NCBI GenBank assembly: GCA_002269645.1
Contig: NIVC01003884.1
Span: 1-33,507 of the forward strand
Origin: Macrostomum lignano
Lineage: Eukaryota
DNA: 33,507 nucleotides
Direction: 5' to 3'
Shown: positions 1 to 13,392 of the stretch, piece by piece
Position numbering within the stretch: position 1 is the first letter of the stretch
How the letters are laid out: the number at the start of each line of letters is the position of its first letter
Notes under the pieces: generated by a model
Databases searched by the model: none
What the model saw: only the letters and a program-made list of their open reading frames with translations
Told to the model about the DNA's origin: nothing
Translations under genes and position numbers: made by a program

Positions 1-1868
1 GATTCAGGGACAGGGCGCGTGCAGGCGCCAGAAGACGGCAAAGTCGCAGCAATGCTAGAGCTAAGGAGGAGAGGACAGGCTGGAATGGAGGGAAAGATAA
101 GGTTAGACATAAGAGAAGCTGGTGCTGAGCCACTGCCGCATCATGTTAGGCAGTTTGAGGAGGCTGGCGGCTTAGAGGATAGAGAAATCAATTATGTGTG
201 AGGGTCCCCCACAAACCAAAAGCCACACGGCATACACACCGCCCATCTATCTATATGCAATAGGCAAGCGATGAACATCTCTTGATACGCTTGGGACGGA
301 CTGGGCTTGCTTGCTTCGGTGTAAAGCATCTGGGAGCGATAGAAAAGTTGAGGTGGTTGGTGATGGAAGTCGCGCGGGGATTTTTATCCCAATTCCTCCT
401 CTTATGCGTCTCTCTTTCTGGCTTTCCTGCCCCCCCCCATCTCCCTAAACAGCTACCAGCTATTTCCAGGCGCGGATTCGGTGCAGTTTTGTTATAAAAA
501 CCCCCTCCCGCCCCCTGTGCTGGTTTGTGTTTCTTTCATTTCTATCCTCCGTCCGTCTATCCTTCTTCCCTTTACTTCACAATTTTCCGTCTCTTTCTCC
601 TCCTCTTCCCCTTCCCTCCCCCTCCTATCCCGTGGCTTTAGCGGATTTTGCAACTCTCACCCAACTCTCGCCACTGCTCCCCCAGAACTGTCTGGGCTTG
701 ACCAAGGACGCCTAGAAACTATATTCTGGCGAGGCAGCTCTCCCCCGTTGCTATAAAAGCTTTATTTTCAAGATGTGATAATTAACGCAAAAGTCAGGCA
801 AGTTTGTAGGCTTTAGGTCTCTTTTTTTAAGCTAAAAAAAAGCCTACATGTTTGAATAAAAAACTGTATTGTATTCTGGTTAATTTTTACTAAAACTTAA
901 CAAGCTAGACAGACATAAAAAGTTTATCACACAGAAAAGATTCAGTGACCTTCGACAGGCCGCTGGTCGGTCAAGGATTAATAAACTTTTATATCTGCAT
1001 TGCAACTTTTTGAAGTCTAGCTAGATAAGCTCGTTCATTCGTAGTTAATCACTCTGAGTCTTGGATGAGCTTCGCAATCATTAGTTATTACTCCGGGTTC
1101 TGCTTCTAGGTCTCTTTGGCTTGGCGGCCCCTCCCTTTTTGTGCTTGCTTCTCCGCCACCTTCCTATCCCCATTCCTCTCTCACTGTCTCTCTTCTCTCT
1201 TTCTCCATATAGCAAGTCCTGGTACGCCCCAGTCGCATACGCGCACACATGACGGCCAGCACATGCCGTGTTTATATATGGAATTGAGTGGCTAAGCTTG
1301 TGCTTTTGGCTACTTTGGAAAGTCTGACCTTGCCTTTTCTTTAACTTCTTTCCTCTTTACTATGCCGTACCGGGCCTAGCCCGATCCTCTGTCTCTCTTC
1401 TCTCTCAGCGGTAATATTTTCTCCTATATCCCTGAAATCCCCATGAATTCTTTCCTTACCCCTATACCAGCTCTTGGCCTTCCCCGCTCACTCATCCAGC
1501 TGCCTCATTCCTTCACTTGTGTTAGCTATATTTGCGTTTCTAATCTCCGCCGTGTGTTTTTGTCTCCGTTTCACTTGTCCGCTTACCTTTCTGTCCGCTC
1601 GTTTAGCCCTATATACTACTGTATATTTTCCGCCAAGCCAATTCAAGGTCTGTCGGAACCAGGGATTACTAAAGTGACGTAAAGTCTCCTGGATTGGAGG
1701 CAGATTTATTAAAATGCTTAACTGGAGTTGATACTTTCGTAGCTCCTTGTCAAACTTCGGCTAACGAGAGTTTAAAAGTTATTTAAGAGTTTTGTTAGAA
1801 CGCTCAATATTTTTGTACACTGAGAAAATTTTTTTTATACTCCCTGCCTGTCTCGTACCTTCTGGTTA

Positions 1869-2840
1869 TGTCTTGGACTCCCTGTCCCTGTCTAGGACTC
1901 CCTTTCCCTGTCTAGGACTCCCTGTCCCTGTCTAGGACTCCCTTTCCCTGTCTAGGACTCCCTTTCCCTGTCTAGGACTCCCTTTCCCTGTCTAGGACTC
2001 CCTGTCCCTGTCTAGGACTCCCTTTCCCTGTCTAGGACTCCCTGTCCCTGTCTAGGACTCCCTTTCCCGGTCTAGGACTCCCTTTCCCTGTCTAGGACTC
2101 CCTTCCCTGTCTAGGACTCCCTTTCCCTGTCTAGGACTCCCTTTCCCGGTCTAGGACTCCCTTTCCCTGTCTAGGACTCCCTTTCCCTGTCTAGGACTCC
2201 CTGTCCCTGTCTAGGACTCCCTGTCCCTGTCTAGGACTCCCTGTCCCTGTCTAGGACTCCCTTTCCCGGTCTAGGACTCCCTTTCCCGGTCTAGGACTCC
2301 CTTTCCCGGTCTAGGACTCCCTTTCCCGGTCTAGGACTCCCTTTCCCTGTCTAGGACTCCCTTTCCCTGTCTAGGACTCCCTTTCCCTGTCTAGGACTCC
2401 CTGTCCCTGTCTAGGACTCCCTGTCCCTGTCTAGTACTCCATTTCCCTGTCTAGGACTCCCAGACCCTGTCTAGGACTCCCAGACCCTGTCTAGGACTCC
2501 CTGACCCTGTCTAGGACTCCCTGCCCTTGTCTAGGACTCCGTGTCCCTGTCTAGGACTCCCTGCCCTTGTCTAGGACTCCGTGTCCCTGTCTAGGACTCC
2601 CTTTCCCTGTCTAGGACTCCCTGTCCCTGTCTAGTACTCCATTTCCCCGTCTAGGACTCCCAGACCCTGTCTAGGACTCCCTGACCCTGTCTAGGACTCC
2701 CTGACCCTGTCTAGCACTCCCTGCCCTTGTCTAGGACTCCGTGTCCCTGTCTAGCACTCCCTGCCCTTGTCTAGGACTCCGTGTCCCTGTCTAGGACTCC
2801 CTGCCCTTGTCTAGGCCTCCCTGACCCTGTCTAGGACTCC
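1869..2840. repeat. 20-bp minisatellite (CCCTGTCTAGGACTCCCTKT), ~48 copies
   Basis: Period 20 is directly visible; variant tails (TTT/TGT, CAGA, CTGA, GTGT) occur. Confidence 0.97.
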
Positions 2841-3024
2841 AAGAAGAGATGTGATCATATAGCTATATAGACATCATATGTTTAATCTAATTTTTGGCTT
2901 TCTGTCTCTAGCTATGCGCATAAGACTATACAAAACTCCCTTTTATTACTGTTATTGTTTTGGCAGGCTTATTAACTGCGAGGTGGCGATTTGCAGACTT
3001 CTTCTAGAATTTCTTTGATCTTTT

Positions 3025-3073
3025 GCCGCCCGCCTGCGCCGCCCGCCTGCGCCGCCCGCCTGCGCCGCCCGCC
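3025..3073. repeat. 13-bp GC-rich tandem repeat (GCCGCCCGCCTGC) x~3.8
   Basis: Directly visible. Confidence 0.85.
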
Positions 3074-3622
3074 TTCTTTGCCAAACCGTCCTTCCAGTTT
3101 GTTCCTTCTTTCCAGTTCTATTTTCTTTTCCGCCCCAGCTAATGCATTATTTTCTGTCTGGTTAGGCAACAGCAAGTTACAGTCAGTAACCAGTTGGTTC
3201 GGGTTTTTTGGTCAGTTTTTGGATATTGAAAAAAGCAGACTTTAGAAATGCTTAGTAGTAGTACTGATCAGGAAGCTTATCCTTCTTCGTGAACTTTTAT
3301 TACCTTTTGTGAGGTTGGACTGTCTAACGCGGCCTTCAGTGCTTCGCTTTTTTGTAATTATTCATATTCGGCTGGACTAAAAACTATCTGACTTTTTATG
3401 ACTGCTATTTTCAACAGTTCTAGTTGAAAGGCTTGGTGTTTCCTACTTTACAATTATAATTATATTCTCCTTGCCTAGGGTATTCTGCCTCAGAGCAAAA
3501 GTTTTTTTGGAACTTAATATTGTTATTAATTGGGTAATTTTGTAGAGGTTAAGTTGAATAAAAAAGTCTTGGTTAACATCTTTGTTAACTATAAAAAGCA
3601 TAAACCATAATGGCTTAGAAAA

Positions 3623-4506
3623 ACGGTCATTTAAGCTCTGAAATCACGGTCATTCTAGCTCTGAAAACGCGGTCATTTTAGCTCTGAACAGAGGTCATTC
3701 TAGCTCTGAAAAAAACTGTCATTTTAAGTCTGAAACAATGATCATTGTAGCTCTGAACAAAGGTCATTCTAGCTCTGAAAACACGGTCATTTTAGCTCTG
3801 AAAATACGGTCATTGTAGCTCTGAAAATACGGTCATTCTAGCTCTGAAATCACGGTCATTCTAGCTCTGAAAACACGGTCATTTTAGCTCTGAAAACGCG
3901 GTCATTTTAGCTCTGAACAGAGGTCATTCTAGCTCTGAAATCACGGTCATTCTAGCTCTGAAAACACGGTCATTTTAGCTCTGAAAACACGGTCATTTTA
4001 GCTCTGAAAACACGGTCATTTTAGCTCTGAACAGAGATCATTCTAGCTCTGAAAACACGGTAATTTTAGCTCTTAAAACACGGTCATTTTAGCTCTGAAA
4101 ATACGGTCATTCTAGCTCTGAAATCACGGTCATTCTAGCTCTGAAAACACGGTCATTTTAGCTCTGAAAACGCGGTCATTTTAGCTATGAACAGAGGTCA
4201 TTCTAGCTCTGAAATCACGGTCATTCTAGCTCTGAAAACACGGTCATTTTAGCTCTGAAAACGCGGTCATTTTAGCTCTGAACAGAGATCATTCTAGCTC
4301 TGAAAACACGGTAATTTTAGCTCTTAAAACACGGTCATTTTAGCTCTGAAAACACGGTAATTTTAGCTCTTAAAACACGGTCATTTTAGCTCTGAAAACA
4401 CGGTCATTTTTAGCTCTGAACAGAGATCATTCTAGCTCTGAAAACACGGTCATTTTAGCTCTGAAAACACGGTCATTTTAGCTCTGAAATCACGGTCATT
4501 TTAGCT
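3623..4506. repeat. 23-bp minisatellite (CGGTCATTTTAGCTCTGAAAACA, with 22-bp variants), ~38 copies
   Basis: Period 23 measured at 3967->3990; variant units recur in order. Confidence 0.96.
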
Positions 4507-5200
4507 GTATGTGTTTGCATATATTGTATTATTTTGGCAATCAACTAAGGAGCTAAGTTACACTGTTAAGGTGAAGCGAGTGAGATTGAGCTTCTTGTGT
4601 GCTTATAGAGTTCTCTATTCAGGCTTACTGACCGCGACTTGAACTGAGAAAGCACTCACATTCACTGCAACCCACTCGCTCACTTGTGCACTCATTGTAC
4701 ATTACATTGTTCGCGTTGTGCTGCATGAGAGTTGGAGAATAATAAAAATAAAAGAAGGAAAAGTGTAAGCACAATTTAGCGAAAAAAATTGTTAGTAGAA
4801 AGTAAAAATTGCTTTGTTAAATGGCGTGATATGGACAGGACAGCATCTGGAAATGGGGTGGTCCTCGCTGGTAATAACTGCCTTAGATATTTTACATAAG
4901 GGGTCGTGACCATCCACCGAATTTTGAGGAGAGGAGGTCAACTGACCATTGGAATTACGAGTAGACATTTTTGACAACCGTAGCGTACAAAACAACAGGT
5001 AACAGTTTCAGTTCTAAATAGCATTTTAATTTAATTAAATATTATTCATACCTAATTGTTTGCTTATATAGTAATTCTAATAGAAAATGTGTAGGCTTTG
5101 TGATAATCTGTATTTAATATTTGATAAGATATTATTAACTATTATAATGCAATGACTAATTTGTCGCATACCAGGGGGTTTTTGGGCGCCGAAAATAGCC

Positions 5201-6198
5201 AAGATTTCTCCTTTCTTCACCTGCCTCTTTAAAAGAGTGGGAAGGGGCCGCGCAGTCACTGGCGGAGGGTAGAGAGAGGGTATGAGAGAAGGCAGAGAGT
5301 GCACTGCGAGTGGTGAGCGTTATTGCCGTTAAGGGTTCGCTGAGGTAGGGGGGCGGGTGGGGTTGGCGGGTGTTTTTGCTGCTTGCAGCAGCTCTTTATT
5401 TTGCGTGTGCGCGAAACTCGCGTGTTGGTTCCTCTGTTACTCTCTTTCTCTAACCGTATTTTCTGCTGCTTTTGGGCTAAAGCTCTTTAATAGAATCTAT
5501 TCTAAATTGCTCGACTGTGTTCCTGCTAAGCTGAGGTGGTGTAGGGCGGTCGAATAACGACACTTTTCTTGTGCTAATTTCTCGTTTTTTTTTACTTGCT
5601 TCGCGGTTGTCTTGTTCTGTCTGTGTTATTATAAATTTTCTGTAGCCCTTCAATTCAATTGAAATATAACCGCAGAGACTGAGGGATTAGTAGTTCCATT
5701 TCAGTTGACAGTATTTGCGATTGCCTCGTCCGGCACATTTTATCCCTCGTCTTTATTATTCTTATTCTATTACTGTTTCTCTGTGTCATTTCTCACTCTA
5801 CTTCTCAACCACGCTTTCGCACTAATTCCCAATCAACTTCCAAATCTCAGTCTATTTCTCATTCCCACTCCGTCTCTACTTCTCCATCCACTTTCACTCT
5901 TACTCTACTTCTCACTCCACTCTCACTTTCATTCTACTTCTCACTCCCACTACTCTACTCACTCCTACTCTACTCACTCCCACTCTACTCACTCCCACTC
6001 TACTTCTCACTCCTACCTCACTTCCACTCCGACTACTTCTCAGTTCACTTTCACTCCCACTCTACTTCTCACTTCAATCTCACTTTGACTATGCTGTCAA
6101 GATTTTCTCCTTTCTTCACCTGCCTCTTTAAAAGAGTGGGAAGGGCCGCGCAGACACTAGCGGAGGGGAGAGAGAGGGGTTTGGGAGAAGGCAGAGAA
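5201..6198 (+). repeat. Pair of ~100-bp imperfect direct repeats (5201..5299 and 6099..6198)
   Basis: Both copies begin AAGATTT(T)CTCCTTTCTTCACCTGCCTCTTTAAAAGAGTGGGAAGGG and end GAGAAGGCAGAGA. Confidence 0.85.
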
Positions 6199-6480
6199 GC
6201 TCAGCCACTTCTCCCTCCACTCTAGCTCTCACTCTACTCACCCTCCCCCACCCTACTTCTCACTCCGCTCTCACTCACTCTACTCCTTACCCCACCCTGC
6301 TCTACTTCTCACCCCACCCTGCTCTACTCCTCACTTTAATTCTCACCCCCATTCCCACTCTACTCACTCCACTCGCACTCTACTTCTCACTGCATTACAC
6401 TCTACTTCTCACTGCATTACCACCCCTCTAATTTTCAGTTCACTCTCACCCACTCCGTCGCTCTACTTCCGTCGCACTTG
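5870..6480. repeat. Degenerate low-complexity CTACTCACTC/CTACTTCTCACT tract
   Basis: Repeated CTCTACT(T)C(T)CACT motifs and strong C/T/A bias. Confidence 0.7.
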
Positions 6481-6948
6481 TTCTAAATCTGTCTTAATAA
6501 TCCCGCCCGTTTTTGTCGCATGAATGCAAATAAAATGCCGCTATCCTGCCCCTCTTATCTCTATCGCATCAGCCCTACATATTGGCGTCATAGCCCATAG
6601 CTTTAGATTAAAGTTGTTCATTTTTTGTGCTTGTCTCTCCTCCTTATCAAAAATTTTTTAATATGTTGCTGGTTCAGTGTAAAGTTGCCAGGTCAGTTAG
6701 GGCAGTATCTGTGAGCCAGGGTAACCTGAAAATGTGCTCACACATTAATTTATACAACAGGAAATAATACTTATAACCATATTTGTCACATGAAACTGTT
6801 AGCAATTTGCAGTTCTTTATAAATTTCTCTAAGCTCAGCCACTTTTTATTCAAAACTCGATGCGCACTTCAGCTTAACTAATTCGAGTACATCAAATAGG
6901 TGTATCTAGCAAATACGCCAGGTGCAATTCTATATAGTGCGCGTATTG

Positions 6949-6951
<3 letters not shown>

Positions 6952-6996
<45 letters not shown>
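6952..6996. repeat. (AG)n microsatellite, ~22 units
   Basis: Directly visible. Confidence 0.95.
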
Positions 6997-6999
<3 letters not shown>

Positions 7000-7296
7000 G
7001 TGTCTAAAAAAGGCTATGGCTAGTTATCTATTCGCACTGACAGTCTGCACTACGGGACCACCCACTTTTCTAGTTTGTAATAAGTAAAGCTGTTTTCTTA
7101 TAATTTCACACACTTTGCAAGCCCTTATGTGCCAGCTCCAGCTGGTGCTTGTGTTTCACTGTGCGGCCTTCCCCCCCCCCGCATACCGTGCTGAAGCTGT
7201 TAAATCTAATTACTAATTCCTATTTTAATCAACTCGTATTTTCGGGTTGCTTTTGCTTCATTACTTTTGTGTTGGCCAGTTGCTGCCTTGCTTCTG

Positions 7297-8378
7297 CGAT
7301 CCTTCAGTGCCCGCTGCTGCCCTCCTCCGATCCTTCAGTGCCCGCTGCTGCCCTCCCTCCGATCCTTCAGTGCCCGCTGCTGCCCTCCCTCCGATCCTTC
7401 AGTGCCCGCTGCTGCCCTCCCTCCGATCCTTCAGTGCCCGCTGCTGCCCTCCCTCCGATCCTTCAGTGCCCGCTGCTGCCCTCCCTCCGATCCTTCAGTG
7501 CCCGCTGCTGCCCTCCCTCCGATCCTTCAGTTCCTCTGCTGCCCTCCCTCCGATCCTTCAGTTCCTCTGCTGCCTTCCCTCCGATCCTTCAGTGCCCGCT
7601 GCTGCCCTCCCTCCGATCCTTCAGTGCCCGCTGCTGCCCTCCCTCCGATCCTTCAGTGCCCGCTGCTGCCCTCCCTCCGATCCTTCAGTGCCCGCTGCTG
7701 CCCTCCCTCCGATCCTTCAGTTCCTCTGCTGCCCTCCCTCCGATCCTTCAGTTCCTCTGCTGCCTTCCCTCCGATCCTTCAGTGCCCGCTGCTGCCCTCC
7801 CTCCGATCCTTCAGTGCCCGCTGCTGCCCTCCCTCCGATCCTTCAGTGCCCGCTGCTGCCCTCCCTCCGATCCTTCAGTGCCCGCTGCTGCCCTCCCTCC
7901 GATCCTTCAGTGCCCGCTGCTGCCCTCCCTCCGATCCTTCAGTGCCCGCTGCTGCCCTCCCTCCGATCCTTCAGTGCCCGCTGCTGCCCTCCCTCCGATC
8001 CTTCAGTTCCTCTGCTGCCCTCCCTCCGATCCTTCAGTTCCTCTGCTGCCTTCCCTCCGATCCTTCAGTGCCCGCTGCTGCCCTCCCTCCGATCCTTCAG
8101 TGCCCGCTGCTGCCCTCCCTCCGATCCTTCAGTGCCCGCTGCTGCCCTCCCTCCGATCCTTCATTTCCTCTGCTGCCCTCCCTCCGATCCTTCAGTGCCC
8201 GCTGCTGCCCTCCCTCCGATCCTTCAGTTCCTCTGTTGCCCTCCCTCCGATCCTTCAGTGCCCGCTGCTGCCCTCCCTCCGATCCTTCAGTTCCTCTGTT
8301 GCCCTTCCTCCGATCCTTCAGTGCCCGCTGCTGCCCTCCCTCCGATCCTTCAGTTCCTCTGCTGCTGCTGCCCTCCCT
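7297..8378. repeat. 32/31-bp minisatellite (CCGATCCTTCAGTGCCCGCTGCTGCCCTCCCT), ~34 copies
   Basis: Period 32 at 7327->7359; a 31-bp TTCCTCT variant occurs. It is the source of the three overlapping long ORFs. Confidence 0.97.
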
Positions 8379-8711
8379 CTGAAAAATATTCTTTTCAATC
8401 CCAGCTAAATTTTCTTTTTCCATAAAAAACAGCCCATGCTTCTCGGTCCCACAAAATCTGTTTATAACACGCCATTATTGTGTGAGCGCTTTGAAATTTG
8501 AGCTGAATAAATCTCCTATCCTTTTTACAACCTGCCTGTCTTGATAATCCGTCTGCGCTCTGCATTTTCACTTTCCACAAAAAACAAAATGCCGCCCTTT
8601 GGGTGTCTCAAATTCTTCGAAATCTTTGAAGTTAGATTGACAGATAGACACTCGTGCGGACAGACCAGGTGAGATAAAGTATAATATATATATTTATATA
8701 AGTATATCCAG

Positions 8712-9129
<418 letters not shown>

Positions 9130-10602
9130 CTAATTTAAACTTGATAGCATTAGATCAGTGCCGGTTCAGTTTTCAGTGAGAGCATTGGTTGGTAGCTAAT
9201 TGTCTCTCGCCCAGCAGGATTTGTTTGCCAGCTTCCAATTTATTTTTCTGGTGCCCTAATTTTCTTTGTTGCTGGCCTCTTTAATTCCTGTGCACTCGCC
9301 TGCGGTTCGTCGCTCGTCACTCCTATGGCCTGGGCTCTTATCCGACACTTCCCCATTACTCTATTTTTCCTCATCTCTTCCTCCATGTCTGTGTCAGATT
9401 GGTGACCAACTCTTCTCCATCCTCTCCCCTCTTATGCTTTTTTGCTTCTCCCTCTGTCTGTGCTTCCTCTTTTTCATTGCCACCGCCGTCTTCTCTTCCC
9501 AGTTCCCTAATCCCTCGTTCCTTCACCGACCGACCGACACCCCCGTACTGGCTGCTTTCCGCTTTTGCTCTTCCACCTCTGCCCCCCCCCGGCCCGCCCC
9601 CAATAGAGCATCTCCCTCTCCTACTCTCTTTAACTAGGAAATGGGGAGAGTAAGGATTGGCCTGACCGATAGAAACACTATGAAAACCGAGTCTGAGGAG
9701 TGTTTAGTTGATAGAGAGAAGCTTTGCCCGGGACTACCTCTCCCCATCTGCAGCCCCCCCCCTAACCAACCCCACCCCGGCATGATTGCTTTCTGCTTTC
9801 TATACTCCGTCTTCTTCTTGCTTCTCCCCTCCTTTTCCCCGGACTGAGCCGCTTGGGATGGAGGTGAAGGGGCAGATGATAGGGATTTGTGGCGGCTTGG
9901 CTGGGGCCATTCAGAGGCAACCGTTGGCTAAAAAAAACTTGCGAGCGAAGCAGAGGGAGAGGGTGAGAGCGAGTTGAGGTTAGGGTTGGATGTGAGGAGG
10001 AGATCTTTTCTCCTCCCGAGCCCGTGTTCCTCGCCTCCCTCTGGCTGGCCAAGCATCTCCCTGTCTGGGGCTTCACCCATAGTATTATTGATCGGTGCTA
10101 TGATTTCTTTCTATTCTCTTTCTCTCCTCACTGGAGCCCCCACTTTTTTGGCTCTCTATCCCTCCGCGGCGCCGAGAGAGGGGTGGACAGGGGTGGCATT
10201 GGGAGATCGCAAATTCCCTTATTATGCTGCTTATTTTATTCAGAATAGTTCCGGCGCTTGGCAGAGAGAGACGGGGGTGCGGGAGGGGAGGCGAGGGTCG
10301 CGGCGTCGCTCCACTGGTTGGGCTCACTCTGGCAGCAGACACTCGCACCGTTTCGATAGTTGGGTTGGGGGGGGAGTGATTGGTGTGGCTGTGCTGGTTA
10401 GCCATGCATTATCCCCATGCGTGCGTGTTTCTTCCCTGCCCTTCTCACTCACTCTCAACTAAGCCCATTTTGCCGCCAGCCAACCTCTCAAATAACTCGA
10501 TAGTTACTTATTAGTGGCCTGCCGCATTCGGTCTCCAGTGTTGACTGACAGACTGACAGGCTGGCACTAAGATAGTGACATAAGACACCAAGACACACAG
10601 AC

Positions 10603-10633
<31 letters not shown>

Positions 10634-10634
10634 T

Positions 10635-10702
<68 letters not shown>

Positions 10703-10711
10703 GTAGATAGG

Positions 10712-10802
<91 letters not shown>

Positions 10803-10811
10803 GTAGATAGG

Positions 10812-10890
<79 letters not shown>

Positions 10891-10910
10891 GTAGATATAT
10901 ATATATATAT

Positions 10911-10970
<60 letters not shown>

Positions 10971-11005
10971 GTAGATATAGATAGGTAGGTAGATAGGTAG
11001 ATGTG
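10603..11005. repeat. (GATA)n microsatellite with GGTA/TA interruptions
   Basis: Directly visible. Confidence 0.98.
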
Positions 11006-11471
11006 TAGATAGACTACAGACTGACTGATTGATAGGCAGACACTAGGGCAGACTGTCATACGGGTACTCACTCCCAGCGGATCCATAAAATGGGGTGTTT
11101 GAAAAATCGATTTTTTAAACTACTTTCGATTTCTCACGTTTTCTCTTGGGAAGCAAAATTTCTACTTTTATTTTTAATGATTTTCACTTTCAGTATTCTT
11201 GCACTAGAACAGTTTTTGAGTAGCAAACTGGGCTTTGAAATCCTCTCTCCAAGGCTAAACAAAATATTTTAAGTAAAATCAATTTGCTCAAGTCTCTGTT
11301 CTGAAACTGTTTGTTTAGGCTATAAGTAATTGTTTTGTGGCCGCCTCGCGGCTGACTCTTTACAACCTTTTGAGCTAGCCACTCGGAGATCAGGTTAATA
11401 GTGTGTAAAAATGTGTAAAAAACGGCAATTCGACAGACCAAGAACTAGGTTTCACATTAGAATTCCGATAA

Positions 11472-13392
11472 GTAAGTTAGTGATGCTTGAGTAGATTAGC
11501 AATCCATACTATTCCTTATAGTGTTTTAATGGATTAGCAATCCATACTATTCCTTTGGTGTTTTGACTAGATTAGCAATCCATACTATTCCTTTGGTGTT
11601 TTGACTAGATTAGCAATCCATACTATTCATTATAGTGTTTTGATTAGATTAGCAATCCATACAATTCATTATAGTGTTTTGACTAGCTTAGCAATCCATA
11701 CTATTCATTATAGTGTTTTGACTAGATTAGCAATTCATACTATTCATTATAGTGTTTTGACTAGATTAGCAATCCATACAATTCATTATAGTGTTTTGAC
11801 TAGATTAGCAATCCATACTATTCATTATAGTGTTTTGACTAGATTAGCAATCCATACAATTCATTATAGTGTTTTGACTAGATTAGCAATCCATACTATT
11901 CATTATAGTGTTTTGACTAGATTAGCAATTCATACTATTCATTATAGTGTTTTGACTAGATTAGCAATCCATACTATTCATTATAGTGTTTTGACTAGAT
12001 TAGCAATCCATACTATTCATTATAGTGTTTTGATTAGATTAGCAATCCATACTATTCATTATAGTGTTTTGACTAGATTAGCAATTCATACTATTCATTA
12101 TAGTGTTTTGACTAGATTAGCAATTCATACTATTCATTATAGTGTTTTGACTAGATTAGCAATTCATACTATTCATTATAGTGTTTTGACTAGATTAGCA
12201 ATCCATACAATTCATTATAGTGTTTTGACTAGATTAGCAATCCATACTATTCATTATAGTGTTTTGATTAGATTAGCAATCCATACTATTCATTATAGTG
12301 TTTTGACTAGATTAGCAATTCATACAATTCATTATAGTGTTTTGACTAGATTAGCAATCCATACTATTCATTATAGTGTTTTGACTAGATTAGCAATTCA
12401 TACAATTCATTATAGTGTTTTGACTAGATTATCAATCCATACTATTCATTATAGTGTTTTGACTAGATTAGCAATTCATACAATTCATTATAGTGTTTTG
12501 ACTAGATTAGCAATTCATACTATTCATTATAGTGTTTTGACTAGATTAGCAATCCATACTATTCATTATAGTGTTTTGACTAGATTAGCAATCCATACTA
12601 TTCATTATAGTGTTTTGACTAGATTAGCAATTCATACAATTCATTATAGTGTTTTGACTAGATTAGCAATCCATACAATTCATTATAGTGTTTTGACTAG
12701 CTTAGCAATCCATACTATTCATTATAGTGTTTTGACTAGATTAGCAATTCATACTATTCATTATAGTGTTTTGACTAGCTTAGCAATCCATACTATTCAT
12801 TATAGTGTTTTGACTAGATTAGCAATTCATACTATTCATTATAGTGTTTTGACTAGATTAGCAATTCATACTATTCATTATAGTGTTTTGACTAGATTAG
12901 CAATTCATACTATTCCTTATAGTGTTTTGACTAGATTAGCAATCCATACTATTCATTATAGTGTTTTGACTAGATTAGCAATTCATACTATTCATTATAG
13001 TGTTTTGACTAGATTAGCAATTCATACTATTCCTTATAGTGTTTTGACTAGATTAGCAATTCATACTATTCATTATAGTGTTTTGACTAGATTAGCAATC
13101 CATACAATTCATTATAGTGTTTTGATTAGATTAGCAATTCATACTATTCATTATAGTGTTTTGATTAGATTAGCAATTCATACTATTCATTATAGTGTTT
13201 TGACTAGATTAGCAATCCATACTATTCATTATAGTGTTTTGACTAGATTAGCAATCCATACTATTCATTATAGTGTTTTGACTAGATTAGCAATCCATAC
13301 TATTCATTATAGTGTTTTGACTAGATTAGCAATCCATACAATTCATTATAGTGTTTTGACTAGATTAGCAATCCATCCTAAGTTTTATCCAG
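11472..13392 (+). other. Probable 5'-UTR intron of the DDT/BCL9-like gene, filled by the 39-bp array
   Basis: GTAAGT at 11472 lies just before the array; TCCTAA (branch-like) and TTTTATCCAG end at 13392 just after it, 185 nt before the ATG at 13578. Confidence 0.55.
11490..13377. repeat. 39-bp minisatellite (TTGACTAGATTAGCAATCCATACTATTCATTATAGTGTT), ~48 copies
   Basis: The 13-codon period LTRLAIHTIHYSV in the spurious 620-aa ORF equals 39 bp. Confidence 0.98.

Noticed and set aside
1-1700. Short ORFs at the window start
   Set aside because: Low-complexity, Ser/Leu/Pro-biased translations of pyrimidine-rich DNA, with no splice-consistent structure or motifs.
2972-3245. Short ORFs resembling a retroelement remnant
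   Set aside because: No recognisable RT, endonuclease or gag motif; partly driven by the 13-bp repeat.
7149-8425. Three overlapping ~400-aa ORFs
   Set aside because: They arise from a stop-free 32-bp repeat unit cycling through all frames.
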